From Octopus vulgaris (Eukaryota), in contig OX597834.1 in assembly GCA_951406725.2 (NCBI GenBank), forward strand, positions 33,542,001 to 33,606,000: a DNA stretch of 64,000 nucleotides. Direction: 5' to 3'. The notes under the pieces are model-generated. The model was given only the letters and a program-made list of their open reading frames with translations. It did no database searches and was not told the origin of the DNA. Shown one piece after another: positions 41,901 to 51,227 of this stretch. The stretch's first letter is position 1. Every line of letters begins with the position of its first letter. The position numbers and the translations under genes are program-made.

Positions 41901-43054
41901 GTGTTTCCAGAACACAAGCAGGGCAGCTGAATTCATAGCAGAAAAAATGCGGCACGGTTGGACGGCTGATTTTGATATTCACAAGATTGACAGTAAGTAT
42001 AAGATATATGTGTATGTGTGAGTGTGTGTGTCCCTTGGCAAAAGATATACAATGTATATATCTCCTGTTTCAGCTGAAGAAAGCACTCAAGAACCCAACG
42101 CACCCTTCAAACTTGTCTACATTGTGGTTTCTTGTGTCTGTGTGTTGGCCATCATCATCCTGCTGGTGGTTGTCATGTCTCGCAAGCGTACCCGAGGTGT
42201 CACCTGGTTCCCAGAAGGATTCTTTGAAAGTATACGATCTGGCAAGGACACATCGAAACACATCCCACGCCGTAAGCCCGATGGGGAAGAGATGAAGTAA
42301 GTACATTTGAAGGAATTCTTCAAATATTGGTTTTAAATTTTGATACAGGACCAGCAACTTTGGGGTAGGGTGTAAGTCAATTATATCAACCCCAGTACTC
42401 AACTGGTACTTATTAATTAACCATGAAAGGATGAAAGGCAAAATTGACCTCAGTGAAATTTGAACTTAGAATGTAAAGCTGAACGAAATGCTGCTAAACA
42501 TTTTTCCTGGTGTGCATACACATACTCACATATGCTTACATACATACAACACAAACATGTACGCACATAACTGATTTCTTTCAATTTCTGTCTATCAAAA
42601 CCATCTCACAAGACCTTGGCCAGTCTGGGGCTATAGTAGAAGACACTTGCCCAAGGCACCATGCAGTGGGACTAAACCAGGAACCATATGTTTGAGAAGC
42701 AGAGTTCTTACCACACAGCGATGCCTGTGTCTACAAATGATCCAGATATAAATTGTTGCATTTTATTTTTTACTTCCTTTTACCAATTTATTTAAAAATT
42801 ACTTCCAGGAATCTCCCAAGAACTTGTAATTTACCTCAGTTTGATCCAGCTCTTATGAAACTTGATGCCAACGACAACAGATCAACTCCACAAAGTACTG
42901 ACCAGTGGGACATAGATGATAACGACCACCATCAATGTAAAAGAATCAAGGTAAAATGACAGCTTTCAGCCAACAGGGTTTGAAATTGGGCTGTGGTGAC
43001 CAGAATATCAGGATAGAGGTGGGGATAGAAGATTGATATACTTGAGGTGGTACC

Positions 43055-43086
<32 letters not shown>

Positions 43087-46000
43087 TTTGAGAATGAAGC
43101 TTGCAGGTTCAGTGGAAGAGAAAATTTAAAGAGTTATGGTCATTATAGAATGACAATTTATACGTGATTATACTACTTGCTTTGCTTGCATACTGGAGGG
43201 ACTACTACAATTCCTTTAGAAACAGGATATTTCTGAGCTTACCATTTTAGTTCAAATTCCAATCACACAGTTAATAACTTCCACCCGCTTTCTCTTCTCA
43301 CTATACCTGGGAATGTTGTTGGATAGAGTCCTTAGGGTCCTATCAGAAGCAACTACCATTACATTTTCCAGCTAGATTGCCAAACACGACCAACTGAGAC
43401 TATGGATATTATCTAACTATCTTGCTTGTGGTCTACCCCTAAGTCTCTTGCCAGTTGGCTTGGCTTGAAGAATCCATTTTGCAGTTCTTTACTGTGACAT
43501 TTTAATCACATGTTCATAGCACTGGAGTAGTGATCTTCCAATGCAGAGACTAGCAGCTCAACCTGAAGAGACTCCTTGATCTCCATGCTATGTGCCTTGT
43601 TCAATAATATTACTCCTGAGATCCTTTGGAAGAACCCCATTTCAGCTGCTTGTATTTGTGATCATACTCTTTCAATCATTACCCAACATCCATGATTTTG
43701 TTTTTAATTTCTAGTTGAATTACTTTTTAAAATATTTTTGTTTAGTGGCAGGTGGGAGGATTAATTATAGGTCTAATTTAGGGACTTTGTTTTTACTTCT
43801 CTCATCTTTCCTTTTTCTCTCTCTATTTTTCTCCTCCAGTTGGATGAAATTGGTGAATCAAATGATGACAACTTGGAATTTGACCAGACAGACACACGGC
43901 AGTGGACTCAGCGGCATTTCGATGCTGCTAACTTGCCTAGTTCAATTCTTGCCCTGACACCTCCACGGGGAGATGATCAGCATGTCTCTAATGAAGTTGA
44001 TGTCAGAGGACCTGGTAAGTTAGTTCAAAACACTTATTGGATTTCATTTGAATTTTTCACTTGTTATTATGCATATATAATAAAAGTTACAAGACCAAAA
44101 TTACAATTATCATTATTTAATCCTCTTGACAACCAACCCATTTAAGATCACGCCTAGCTTTATGATACAAACTTCCAGTTTAAAAATCATTTAAATTAAA
44201 CCCTTTCCTGAAAATTTCAAGTTAACTTATGTTCCAAACACCAGCTTAATAATGGCAGTTATTTTACTGAGAAAGAAAAGTAGGGAAATAAGAAAGCTTC
44301 TGACAATGCAGAAAGTTTTACAAAAATTCCTATTTCAGGTGCAAAGGCCCATCCTCAGAAGGAAACAGTCTGGGAAATGTCCAGTTACACAGGTTCCGTT
44401 ACCTTACTCAAACTCCTTGGTGTTAGGAGTTTGAGTAGGATAACGAAGCCTGTGTAACTGGACATTAAAGGATTTTGTAAAACTTTCTGCCTTGTTAGAA
44501 GCTTTCTCATTCCCCCCCCACCCTTTCTTTCCCTTCTATGGTTCGACCATACTTCAAACAAACCACAAAGCTCTTATTTTACTAAATTCTATATAATTTT
44601 CAAAATTAATTGAAACAAAGGTATTTCAATGGAAATATGGTGACAAAGGATTAATGTTAACAATCCTTCCAGTTCACCATCTTGATAATAATAATGATTT
44701 CTTTTAATTTTTATTGAACTATTTCTTTTGAAGCTGTTTCCTTTGATATTAAGTCTCCAAATATTTCTGTTCACAGATGGCTTTACACCACTCATGTTGG
44801 CATCGTTCCGAGGCCAAGGACTGGACACCGATGGAGATGATGAAATATCTGGTGAAGGCGAGTCTGAAGATAAATCAGCTGGTATCATAACAAATCTTCT
44901 CATGCAAGGAGCTGCCATTAATGCCCGCACTGACCGTACAGGTATGTAGATGTTTCACTAAGCACACACACATACACATGCGCAGATGACTGTTAACAAA
45001 CATCACTGATTATTTGGTCCACAGTGTGACACAGAATGTGACAAGGGCAGCCCTTTGAATTACGGTTACAACTCATTTTTGCCAGCTGAGTGGACTGGAG
45101 CAGCATGAAATAGTGTCTTACACAAGGAAATAATGTGCCTCTGTAAATAGAACTCATGATCTTATTGTACACCGAATGCCCTAATCAGTAAGCCATGCAC
45201 CATCACGCATATAGAGCAGGCTTCCATACAATTTTATTCACAAGGCATTGGTCAGTTCAAGGCCATAGTAGAAGATGCTTGCCCAATGTGCTGCCCAGTG
45301 GAACTGATCCTGAATCTACATGGTTGGCAGGTAAACTTCCTAACCACACAGTCATATGCATATTTATTATTAATATTATTATTATTGTGATTATTATTAT
45401 CATTACTATTATTATTATTGTGATTATTATTATTTGTTTAAGGTGAATCATCTTTGCATTTGGCTGCTCGTTATGCCAGAGCTGATGCAGCTAAAATCTT
45501 GTTGGAAGCTGGAGCTGATCCCAACGCCCAAGATTGTACAGGAAGGACTCCGCTCCATACTTCGGTATCTGCTGATGCACAGGGTGTCTTCCAGGTGAGA
45601 GGAAATAAAAATTTATATTTTCACATCTTGTTGTTTGTGTCTGGATCAAACTGGATCCAGCAGATTTATGATTAAAGGAATTCCATATTTGACAATGCTG
45701 CCTGTTAAGATATTTCTGGATTCATTTGTACTATGAAACCAGAGGCAGTTTCAGCTGGGTTGGTATCGAAAGGGTAAATTGTTGTTTAGCTCCCAAGTCA
45801 AACCTGATCAAAAATGTTCCTGCCATGACCATCCCATATTTTCATCACAATTGTGAATGTAAAACAACTATGTTATCTAAAGTGTTCTTTCTTTAAGGAT
45901 CTGATATGAGGAAAATTTGACTCTTCTTTTTTCGTCAGCTGGAGCAACCCATAGCTTGACAAGTAATTCTGTATAGCATTGTACTACAGTATGTACTGTA

Positions 46001-49000
46001 GTGTTACTGCTACATCGTATGGTGTAGTACTCTGATGGTACTGTTACAGTTTGTAACACTGTGATGTTACTACCACAAAATGTAGTTTAATACTGTAGTA
46101 TTACTACTACATTGTATGAGTAGTACTTTTGTGTTACTGCTACAGTATGTAGTACACTACTGTGATTTTATTACTACACATGGTCAAGTACTGTGTGGTA
46201 CTGTGACATTATTGTTGTAGTATGTGGGTGTACAATTATGATGCTATTGCTAATGTATATGTTGTAGTTTGTACATAAGACAATCTAAGATTTATTTACT
46301 TTCCATGTTTTTGACAGATTTTATTAAGAAACCGTTCTACAAATTTGAATGCCCGCATGAACTGTGGTACAACCCCTATGATTCTGGCTACAAGACTGGC
46401 CATCGAGAGAATGGTGGAAGACCTCATTAATGCCGACGCCGATATAAATGCTGCTGATGATTCAGGTAAGAGACATTTTACTTAGTATATACTATAAATG
46501 ATGATGATGATCATCATCATCATCGTTTAGCGTCCGCTTTCCATGCTGGCATGGGTTGGACGGTGCAACTGGGGTCTGGGAAGCCAGAAGGCTGCACCAG
46601 GCCCAGTCTGATCTGGCAATGTTTCTACGGCTGGATGCCCTTCCTAACGCCAACCACTCCATGAGTGTAGTGGGTGCTTTTTACGTGCCACCGGCACAGG
46701 TGCCAGACGAGGCTGGCAAATGGGCTGTTAAACCTATTCCTTCAAATACCAGAACATTTGACTCTGTGACAAAGCACATGACCCTACATTTTGCCTTCTG
46801 GCTCCCTGCAGAGGACAGGCCCTCAATATATGGCTTTCTCTCAAGGTGGCAAGCTGGAAGAATTGTTAGCATGCTGGGCAAAATGCTTAGCAGCATTTTG
46901 TCTGCCTTTTTATGTTTTGAGCTTTTTACAATTGGATGTCCTCCATCATCATTCAACATCCATGTTCCATGCTATTTATGTATTCATTTGTCATCTTTTC
47001 AGGAAAAACTAGTCTCCATTGGGCTGCTTCAGTAAACAACGTGGCTGCAGCAAAGGTTCTGCTCCATCATGGCGCTAACAGAGATGCACAGGATAACAAG
47101 GTATGTATCATTGCTGTTTGCTCTTTGATCTCCTGTACTTCTGTTTCTCACTCTTCATCACAGCTGGTTGGGTTGATGAGGTGCTCAGCTACGATGAGTT
47201 TTAAAACTTTTGCCCCTTCATGCTCTGTTCTTACCTCAACATACTCTATTTTTGCTCCCTACATCTCTACTCTTGCCCTTATGCATTCTAAACTTGCCCC
47301 TATATACCCTACTCTTCTCCCTACATGCTGTATTCTCACCCTTAGACATTCTCCAAGGTGAAGTCAAAATGTTCAGTAATTTTCCCTCTATACCCTGTGA
47401 ATGTATTCAACTGACCACCGTAGAAGCCTTATGTTCTCTCTCTCTCTCTCTCTCTCTCTCTTCACTAAAAAACAAATGAAAATCAGCCTCTTCACTGTTA
47501 CACTGAAATCACCAGCTTACTTACCTTCATCAGATTCTCCAACAAAGGCGAACAAACTGAGACCTCAAAGTCAATGTCAGTCTTTTCCCTTGTAAAAATT
47601 ATATATTTCAATTTTGTCTATTGAATCTATTCACAAGGCTTTGGTCAGTCCTGGTACTTTAGTGTACGACACTTGCCCGAGGTGCCGCATAGTGAGACTG
47701 AACCCGAAAACTTTATGGTTGGGAAGTGAGCTTCTCTCAACTATGTAGCCATGCTTCTTGTCAAAACCCAAGTTGTCATGACATAGACGCTGGAACTTTG
47801 GAGGTCACCCATTCAAATCAGCTTTCACCCTCAAATTATTGGTAATGATCTGCAGACTTTTAACACTTCACATATCATTATTCACTGTCGGTTACTGTAC
47901 TCCTGATACTCCGAGACTTGGTCCAGTGTCAATTGTTGTACTCCTATCTTTGACATAATATTAGTTCAGTGTCGACAGTGATACTCTTGTTTCTCAAACA
48001 CAATATTCATTTGCTATCAATTTACTCTTACTCCAGAACTGAGTGACAGAACACCACCTGTCACACAGAAACTCTTTCACTGACTGTTCTATTCTGTCAT
48101 GTGACCCAGAGAACAACGACCAATGAGAGAACCTAGAAGTTCAGCTGATCACATGATTATTGTGGTCACATGACAACTGGTCATTTATCCTATCGTTGCA
48201 CCCTATTCCAACTTCCCCATTCATTAAACTGTTTTGATTCACGATAACGACAAATCTTTTTATATGAACAATTCTCTTTCTGTCTTTTCAGGATGAAACT
48301 CCACTGTTCCTTGCTGCCCGAGAAGGAGGCTACGAAACTGCCAAAGTACTCTTGGAATACCATGCCAACCGAGATATTACAGATCACATGGATAGACTAC
48401 CAAAGGACATGGCCGCCGAGAAGTTGCACCACGACATAGTTACTTTGCTCGAAGAGTACATGTTGAATACTTCGCCGACGATGCAAGTATCAAACAACAT
48501 TGCCCCTTCCCCACCATCGATGAACTTTGTGCAATCATCGAAACAGAAACAGCGTCCACGTAAATCAACCAAGAACAATCCTCAGTGCAAAGATGTCCAG
48601 TCTACAAAGCCAAACAGTGTAGCAGCACAAAAACCTCGCTCCCGCAAGAAGAAAACGCCTGAAGCAACAACCATGAACGGCGGCACAAACACCGAGATGT
48701 TGGTTACGACTAAATCGCCACCGAATATGCACTCTTCCCCTGGTGGGGTTGTTGATGTAATGTCTCAGTTTGACCAGGGTGCTTGTCAAGGTCAGTTGGT
48801 GATGACCGCCAATATGGACACAGAGCGGGATCCTGTTTATCTAGAAAGAGCAGTTATGCGTGCACATTATGCCAAACCTAACCACAGTTACGACATGTCA
48901 CCCAACTGGTTCAAATCTGCGCAGGTGACTAAGCAGGGACCACCGCCACTGCCACCACAACAGCAGCAGCAACAACAACAGCAACAACCTCCACCACCAC

Positions 49001-49563
49001 CACAGCTACAACCACCACAGAAAGTGCCTCCACAACAAATGCCCCCTCATCTGGTGCAGGTAGTCCCTCAGCAAACAGGCCCTGCACCAATTGCATGCAA
49101 TGTGCCATCACCTGTAAAACCGAAGAACCTGCCAACATCACCGACACACCTGCAGGCGATGCAACAACATGCACAAATGAACAGGGCAGCACAGCACGAG
49201 AGTTGCACATTTGGTGGTGGCGGAGGAAATGGTGGAGACAGCATTGGTTTGCTCTATCACTCGGATTCACCCCATTGTCAAAAAGTGGCCGCCCCACATC
49301 CAATCGCCCCTGAACAGTATCCCACCCCTCCTTCACAGCACAGTCACGTCAGCATGGAAGCCCCCATGCAGCACACACAGTCAGTCCCACCAGACCACTA
49401 CCTAACGCCGTCGCCTGAATCTCCTGGTCAGTGGTCAAGTTCATCTCCTCACTCACCCCTATCAACTAACTCTGACTGGTCAGACGCCAGTCCAATTCAG
49501 ACCATCAGTCATCATACACACAACCGAAACACGAAACGCTTAACTGATGCTATTTACATATAA
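2563..49563 (+). CDS. Notch: Notch receptor, 5'-partial, 26 coding exons in window (EGF8 to stop)
   Basis: Manual splicing at AG/GT sites gives one continuous frame (6458 nt = 2 + 2152 codons). Domain order: Ca-binding EGF array, 3 LNR, HD, TM, RAM (TWFPEGF), ankyrin repeats, polyQ, PEST ([19 protein letters not shown]), C-terminus DAIYI*. Confidence 0.98.
2830..3650. repeat. Low-complexity CAC/TAC/TCAC tract
   Basis: Degenerate trinucleotide runs read directly. Confidence 0.85.
4268..4701 (-). mobile_element. Near full-length tRNA-derived CORE-type SINE (many partial copies elsewhere)
   Basis: The minus strand has a tRNA-like head (TGGTAAG / GGTTCAGTCCC), a CORE-like TTGGGCAAGTG motif, an internal (TA/CA)n and a recurring 3' end ATGACTGAAACAAGTAAAA. 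Near-identical copy at 62878-63250. Confidence 0.8.
5178..5347. repeat. 30-bp minisatellite, about 5.5 copies
   Basis: Unit CTGGAACATGTAGGGCTATCTACTTGGCC(C) read directly. Confidence 0.9.
6042..6197 (+). CDS. Notch: Notch exon, EGF10 (156 nt)
   Basis: cacag acceptor; [15 protein letters not shown]...EDIDECEK; donor gtaag at 6198. Confidence 0.95.
6916..7104 (+). CDS. Notch: Notch exon, EGF11-12 ligand-binding core (189 nt)
   Basis: ttcag acceptor; [11 protein letters not shown]...CQNDGTCLD...CACMP, with the O-fucose consensus C-X4-T-C retained in EGF12; donor gtaag at 7105. Confidence 0.96.
7433..7680 (-). mobile_element. SINE with GGCGTTAGGAAGGGCATCCAGC core and (GAT)n tail
   Basis: The same core and tail recur at about 10900, 23550, 30651, 41420 and 46505, in both orientations. 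Confidence 0.8.
8820..9050 (-). mobile_element. Nin/Deu-domain-like SINE
   Basis: The minus strand reads ...GAGTTCAAATTCCGCCGAGGTCGACTTTGCTTTTCATCCTTTCGGGGTCGATAAATTAAGTACCAG. Degenerate copies near 6480, 23140, 36950, 55200, 56530 and 56820. Confidence 0.7.
11440..11600 (-). mobile_element. RTE LINE 3' fragment
   Basis: Minus-strand [13 protein letters not shown] (GRP-x-TW-like motif); similar piece near 40780-40830. Confidence 0.5.
18255..18768. repeat. Nested AT-rich palindrome / fold-back element
   Basis: ~100-bp outer arms (GAGATAAAACCACTATTAGGCAAC...) enclose a second imperfect hairpin centred near 18475. Confidence 0.85.
18881..19393 (-). mobile_element. Non-autonomous Helitron
   Basis: The minus strand begins TCTATATATATAAAA and ends with a GC hairpin (CCCGAGCAACGCCGGG) followed by CTAG. 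It is inserted between A and T with no TSD, and is CpG-rich relative to its flanks. Confidence 0.85.
19690..19995 (-). mobile_element. tRNA-derived Meta-like SINE
   Basis: The minus strand carries TGTATCCTTGAGCAAGACACTTTATTTCACATTGCTCCAGTCC. Related copies at 19404-19600, about 29910-30200 and about 45020-45200. Confidence 0.65.
22257..22370 (+). CDS. Notch: Notch exon, EGF13 (114 nt)
   Basis: tggcag acceptor; [25 protein letters not shown]...; donor gtaag at 22371. Confidence 0.95.
22391..22613. mobile_element. TTAA/piggyBac-like MITE (CCCTTT...AAAGGG)
   Basis: Termini CCCTTTTGTTACC / GATATCAAAAGGG in a degenerate TTAA context. The internal sequence recurs near 7370-7840, 24280-24460 and 54810-55035. 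Confidence 0.55.
23385..23495 (+). CDS. Notch: Notch exon, EGF14 (111 nt; not in the ORF track)
   Basis: Long pyrimidine tract + tcag; [37 protein letters not shown]; donor gtaat at 23496. Confidence 0.95.
23881..24145. mobile_element. hAT-type MITE
   Basis: TIRs CAGTGGTTCTTAA / TTGAGAAACACTG with an 8-bp TSD, CACTGGAG / CACTAGAG (1 mismatch). Confidence 0.8.
24958..25191 (+). CDS. Notch: Notch exon, EGF15-16 (234 nt)
   Basis: tttctag acceptor; [14 protein letters not shown]...CRCQSGTS; donor gtatg at 25192. Confidence 0.95.
25160..25590 (+). repeat. Degenerate ~55-bp tandem repeat starting in the Notch exon end
   Basis: Recurring GAGTG..ACTTCAG.TATGTCTG.TATAAAT units. Confidence 0.75.
26141..26254 (+). 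CDS. Notch: Notch exon, EGF17 (114 nt)
   Basis: ttaaag acceptor; [16 protein letters not shown]...LAGFT; donor gtaag at 26255. Confidence 0.95.
26901..27096 (+). CDS. Notch: Notch exon, EGF18-19 (196 nt)
   Basis: caacag acceptor; [22 protein letters not shown]...SCINGVS; phase-2 donor gtaag at 27097. Confidence 0.95.
27990..28135 (+). CDS. Notch: Notch exon, EGF19-20 (146 nt)
   Basis: ctccag acceptor; [14 protein letters not shown]...CTCRPGYT; donor gtgag at 28136. Confidence 0.95.
28908..29135 (+). CDS. Notch: Notch exon, EGF21-22 (228 nt)
   Basis: aaatag acceptor; [19 protein letters not shown]...CLCPPGYY; donor gtaag at 29136. Confidence 0.95.
30350..30505 (+). CDS. Notch: Notch exon, EGF23 (156 nt)
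   Basis: tttcag acceptor; [11 protein letters not shown]...NYDECLS; donor gtgag at 30506. Confidence 0.95.
30651..30956 (+). mobile_element. (GAT)n-tailed SINE inserted inside a mariner-type MITE
   Basis: The MITE sequence stops at ...CAATATATTC (30650) and resumes at CCCTCTTGGATTCATGCAC after the SINE tail. Confidence 0.75.
33336..33564 (+). CDS. Notch: Notch exon, EGF24-25 (229 nt)
   Basis: tgcag acceptor; [17 protein letters not shown]...NNYDCTQ; donor gtaaa at 33565. Confidence 0.95.
34194..34410. mobile_element. Tc1/mariner-type MITE
   Basis: TA-flanked; TIRs TGAGGGAGTGCTGAAAAGTTCCTGG / CCAGGAACTTATCAGCACCCCCTCA. Confidence 0.8.
34433..34649. mobile_element. Second, adjacent copy of the same MITE
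   Basis: Collinear with 34194-34410. Further copies at about 30568-31055 (interrupted) and about 37840-38034. Confidence 0.75.
34867..35222 (+). CDS. Notch: Notch exon, EGF26-28 (356 nt)
   Basis: cctcag acceptor; [15 protein letters not shown]...[15 protein letters not shown]; donor gtaag at 35223. Confidence 0.95.
35614..36165 (+). CDS. Notch: Notch exon, EGF29-33 (552 nt)
   Basis: ctttag acceptor; GVSTDKLC...[37 protein letters not shown]; donor gtgag at 36166. Confidence 0.95.
37195..37310 (+). CDS. Notch: Notch exon, atypical EGF34 (116 nt)
   Basis: atttag acceptor; [39 protein letters not shown]; phase-0 donor gtatg at 37311 matches the next exon. Confidence 0.9.
38350..38586 (+). CDS. 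Notch: Notch exon, last EGF + start of LNR-A (237 nt)
   Basis: atatag acceptor; GYSGTFC...[12 protein letters not shown]...[23 protein letters not shown]; donor gtgag at 38587. Confidence 0.93.
38975..39192. repeat. Perfect ~90-bp-arm inverted repeat
   Basis: ATAATTCGAGACAAAACCACTATT...AAATAA is the exact reverse complement of TTATTT...GTCTCGAATTAT. Confidence 0.95.
39888..40462 (+). CDS. Notch: Notch exon, LNR-A/B/C, HD-N and S1 (furin) loop (575 nt)
   Basis: AECNSHAC...CLWDGFDC...CLWDGLDC...GTLVLIVL...MIYPWY...RLSRR; donor gtaag at 40463. Confidence 0.95.
41853..41992 (+). CDS. Notch: Notch exon, HD-C (140 nt; not in the ORF track)
   Basis: ctccag acceptor; [29 protein letters not shown]... 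(EIDNR-C motif); donor gtaag at 41993. Confidence 0.95.
42074..42296 (+). CDS. Notch: Notch exon, TM helix + RAM (223 nt)
   Basis: [26 protein letters not shown] then TWFPEGF (CSL-binding motif); follows an 81-nt intron; donor gtaag at 42297. Confidence 0.96.
42809..42950 (+). CDS. Notch: Notch exon, RAM linker/NLS (142 nt)
   Basis: ttccag acceptor; ...[16 protein letters not shown]; donor gtaaa at 42951; phases match the neighbouring exons. Confidence 0.92.
43390..43700 (-). mobile_element. RTE-type LINE C-terminal fragment
   Basis: The minus strand translates [17 protein letters not shown], resembling the post-RT region of RTE elements. Confidence 0.55.
43840..44014 (+). CDS. Notch: Notch exon, pre-ankyrin (175 nt)
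   Basis: [13 protein letters not shown]...LALTPP...VDVRGP; donor gtaag at 44015. Confidence 0.95.
44269..44573. mobile_element. Fold-back insertion with a 10-bp TSD, nested in a MITE
   Basis: Flanked by TTATTTTACT at 44259-68 and 44574-83; GAG...CTC termini; long internal inverted repeats. Confidence 0.7.
44777..44941 (+). CDS. Notch: Notch exon, ANK1 (165 nt)
   Basis: [13 protein letters not shown]...INARTDRT; donor gtatg at 44942. Confidence 0.95.
45443..45594 (+). CDS. Notch: Notch exon, ANK2-3 (152 nt)
   Basis: [18 protein letters not shown]...ADAQGVFQ; donor gtgag at 45595. Confidence 0.96.
46318..46465 (+). CDS. Notch: Notch exon, ANK3-4 (148 nt; not in the ORF track)
   Basis: [49 protein letters not shown]; donor gtaag at 46466. 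Confidence 0.96.
47003..47100 (+). CDS. Notch: Notch exon, ANK5 (98 nt)
   Basis: [14 protein letters not shown]...[10 protein letters not shown]; donor gtatg at 47101. Confidence 0.96.
48292..49563 (+). CDS. Notch: Notch terminal coding exon: ANK6-7, NLS, polyQ/P, PEST, stop
   Basis: [12 protein letters not shown]...[10 protein letters not shown]...YPTPPSQHS...[19 protein letters not shown]...DWSD...DAIYI TAA. Confidence 0.97.
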   Translation, partial: DETPLFLAAREGGYETAKVLLEYHANRDITDHMDRLPKDMAAEKLHHDIVTLLEEYMLNTSPTMQVSNNIAPSPPSMNFVQSSKQKQRPRKSTKNNPQCKDVQSTKPNSVAAQKPRSRKKKTPEATTMNGGTNTEMLVTTKSPPNMHSSPGGVVDVMSQFDQGACQGQLVMTANMDTERDPVYLERAVMRAHYAKPNHSYDMSPNWFKSAQVTKQGPPPLPPQQQQQQQQQQPPPPPQLQPPQKVPPQQMPPHLVQVVPQQTGPAPIACNVPSPVKPKNLPTSPTHLQAMQQHAQMNRAAQHESCTFGGGGGNGGDSIGLLYHSDSPHCQKVAAPHPIAPEQYPTPPSQHSHVSMEAPMQHTQSVPPDHYLTPSPESPGQWSSSSPHSPLSTNSDWSDASPIQTISHHTHNRNTKRLTDAIYI

Positions 49564-51174
49564 ACAATATTGGTGGGGAGCAGTAACAAGCAGTTGCTAC
49601 AATTCTACTACTACTACTGCTATTACTACTACTTCTACTATAAGAGTGTGAGCAGGTGTAGTAATATTCTAAACTGTTGTTATTATTATTACTACTACTA
49701 CTATTATGACAACAAAACTACTACTACTAAAACAGATGTTGACTTCACACTTGCCTTTATGTAGAAGAAACATTACCATAACTGTATGATCATCATCAAC
49801 AGCAACAACAACTACAAGATACTTTAATATGAAATCATGTTTGTGTGGGTGGGTTACAAGCTTCCTCTCCAAACTCGAATATACATACAGCCTACCATTC
49901 ATTCTCATTGTTTTTAAGAAAACATTCACTCTTGGTGGAAACACTACTTGTGTGCATATACATATATACATATACATGTGTGTATATATATATATATGTG
50001 TGTGTGTGTATGCGTTTGTGTATGTGTGTGTGTATATGTTTGTATATTTATGTATATGTGTATATATATGTTTATATATGTCTGTATATATATATATGTG
50101 TGTGTGTATATATACAAATATATACATATACACGAAACGTGCATCCCGTGAATCACTTAAAATTATATACACACATGTATTGAGTTATACTTCTTGTGTT
50201 TTATCAAACACACATAATACACACACATTACTAGTGTAATATATATTTGTCATATGTAAAGTGAACAGGATTATAATATCCGGACTCAAAAGTTTTGTAG
50301 GCTTGACTGTATTCATCAGTGGATTGTGAGGAGAGAAAAGAAATTATACACACACACACACATGCATTCATTTATGTATATATATATATATATATATATA
50401 CATATGCATGCACACATACATATACGAACAAAATACATTCACACACAAACACGCACACACACATTTTTAATCCTTGACTTTGAGTTCAACAGAATATATA
50501 GTTTAGCTTGAGTACTTTGAAAAGGATGCTAAAGGGCTTTGTTGAACTCGTAATTAAGGATTGAAAATTTTGCTTTGAGTACTTTATTCTAAGTGGCCTG
50601 ACAGTGTTCCTTTGATTCGGTCATCTTGATGAATATAAGTCTTGTGTGTGTTTTGTTTAAATACTGGTTGAAATGGGTCCCAAAGACAATAGAGCAGTAG
50701 CTGTCTCAAGGTTTCTCTGTACCTTCATGGATCATTCATATGAGTGTACAATGACCTTTCTTAATGTACAGAATCTTCAAGCATTTGTGCAAAGGTGTTT
50801 TTATATGTTAATAATATATATATATATATATATAGTGTGTATGTACACACATTAAGGTTTTCCAAAAATTTTTCGCATGGTGTTTGCAGCATGAACTAGA
50901 ACCATTTTAATACAGCAGCTGGTGCTATAGTGTTTGTCTCTGCCTGGGCTAAAGAGCCTCCTACCTCCACTAACCTCTCCCAGATTTTCATAAAGAAGTA
51001 TTTCTATCCAAGTTAAGTTGACTGTACTGTGGCTTGCAATGTCCACATCTCCTCTCTGTGTGATTAGGGCAGAGGACTTTTCGAATACTGTTGGCTTTAT
51101 TTGGATTGCTTAGCTTCTTAGATCATCTTTACTTCTGTTGAAGGTATAACATATGTATATATATATATCATAAT

Positions 51175-51227
<53 letters not shown>

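Noticed and set aside
48929-49336. Antisense ORFs over Notch exons (also 2559-2846, 33242-33532, 34721-35092)
   Set aside because: These are shadow frames of the coding strand with no independent support.
49669-50511. Long Y/I/C/V/H/T-rich ORFs (also near 10128, 13166, 58000 and 59848)
   Set aside because: These are translations of (TA)n/(CA)n microsatellites.
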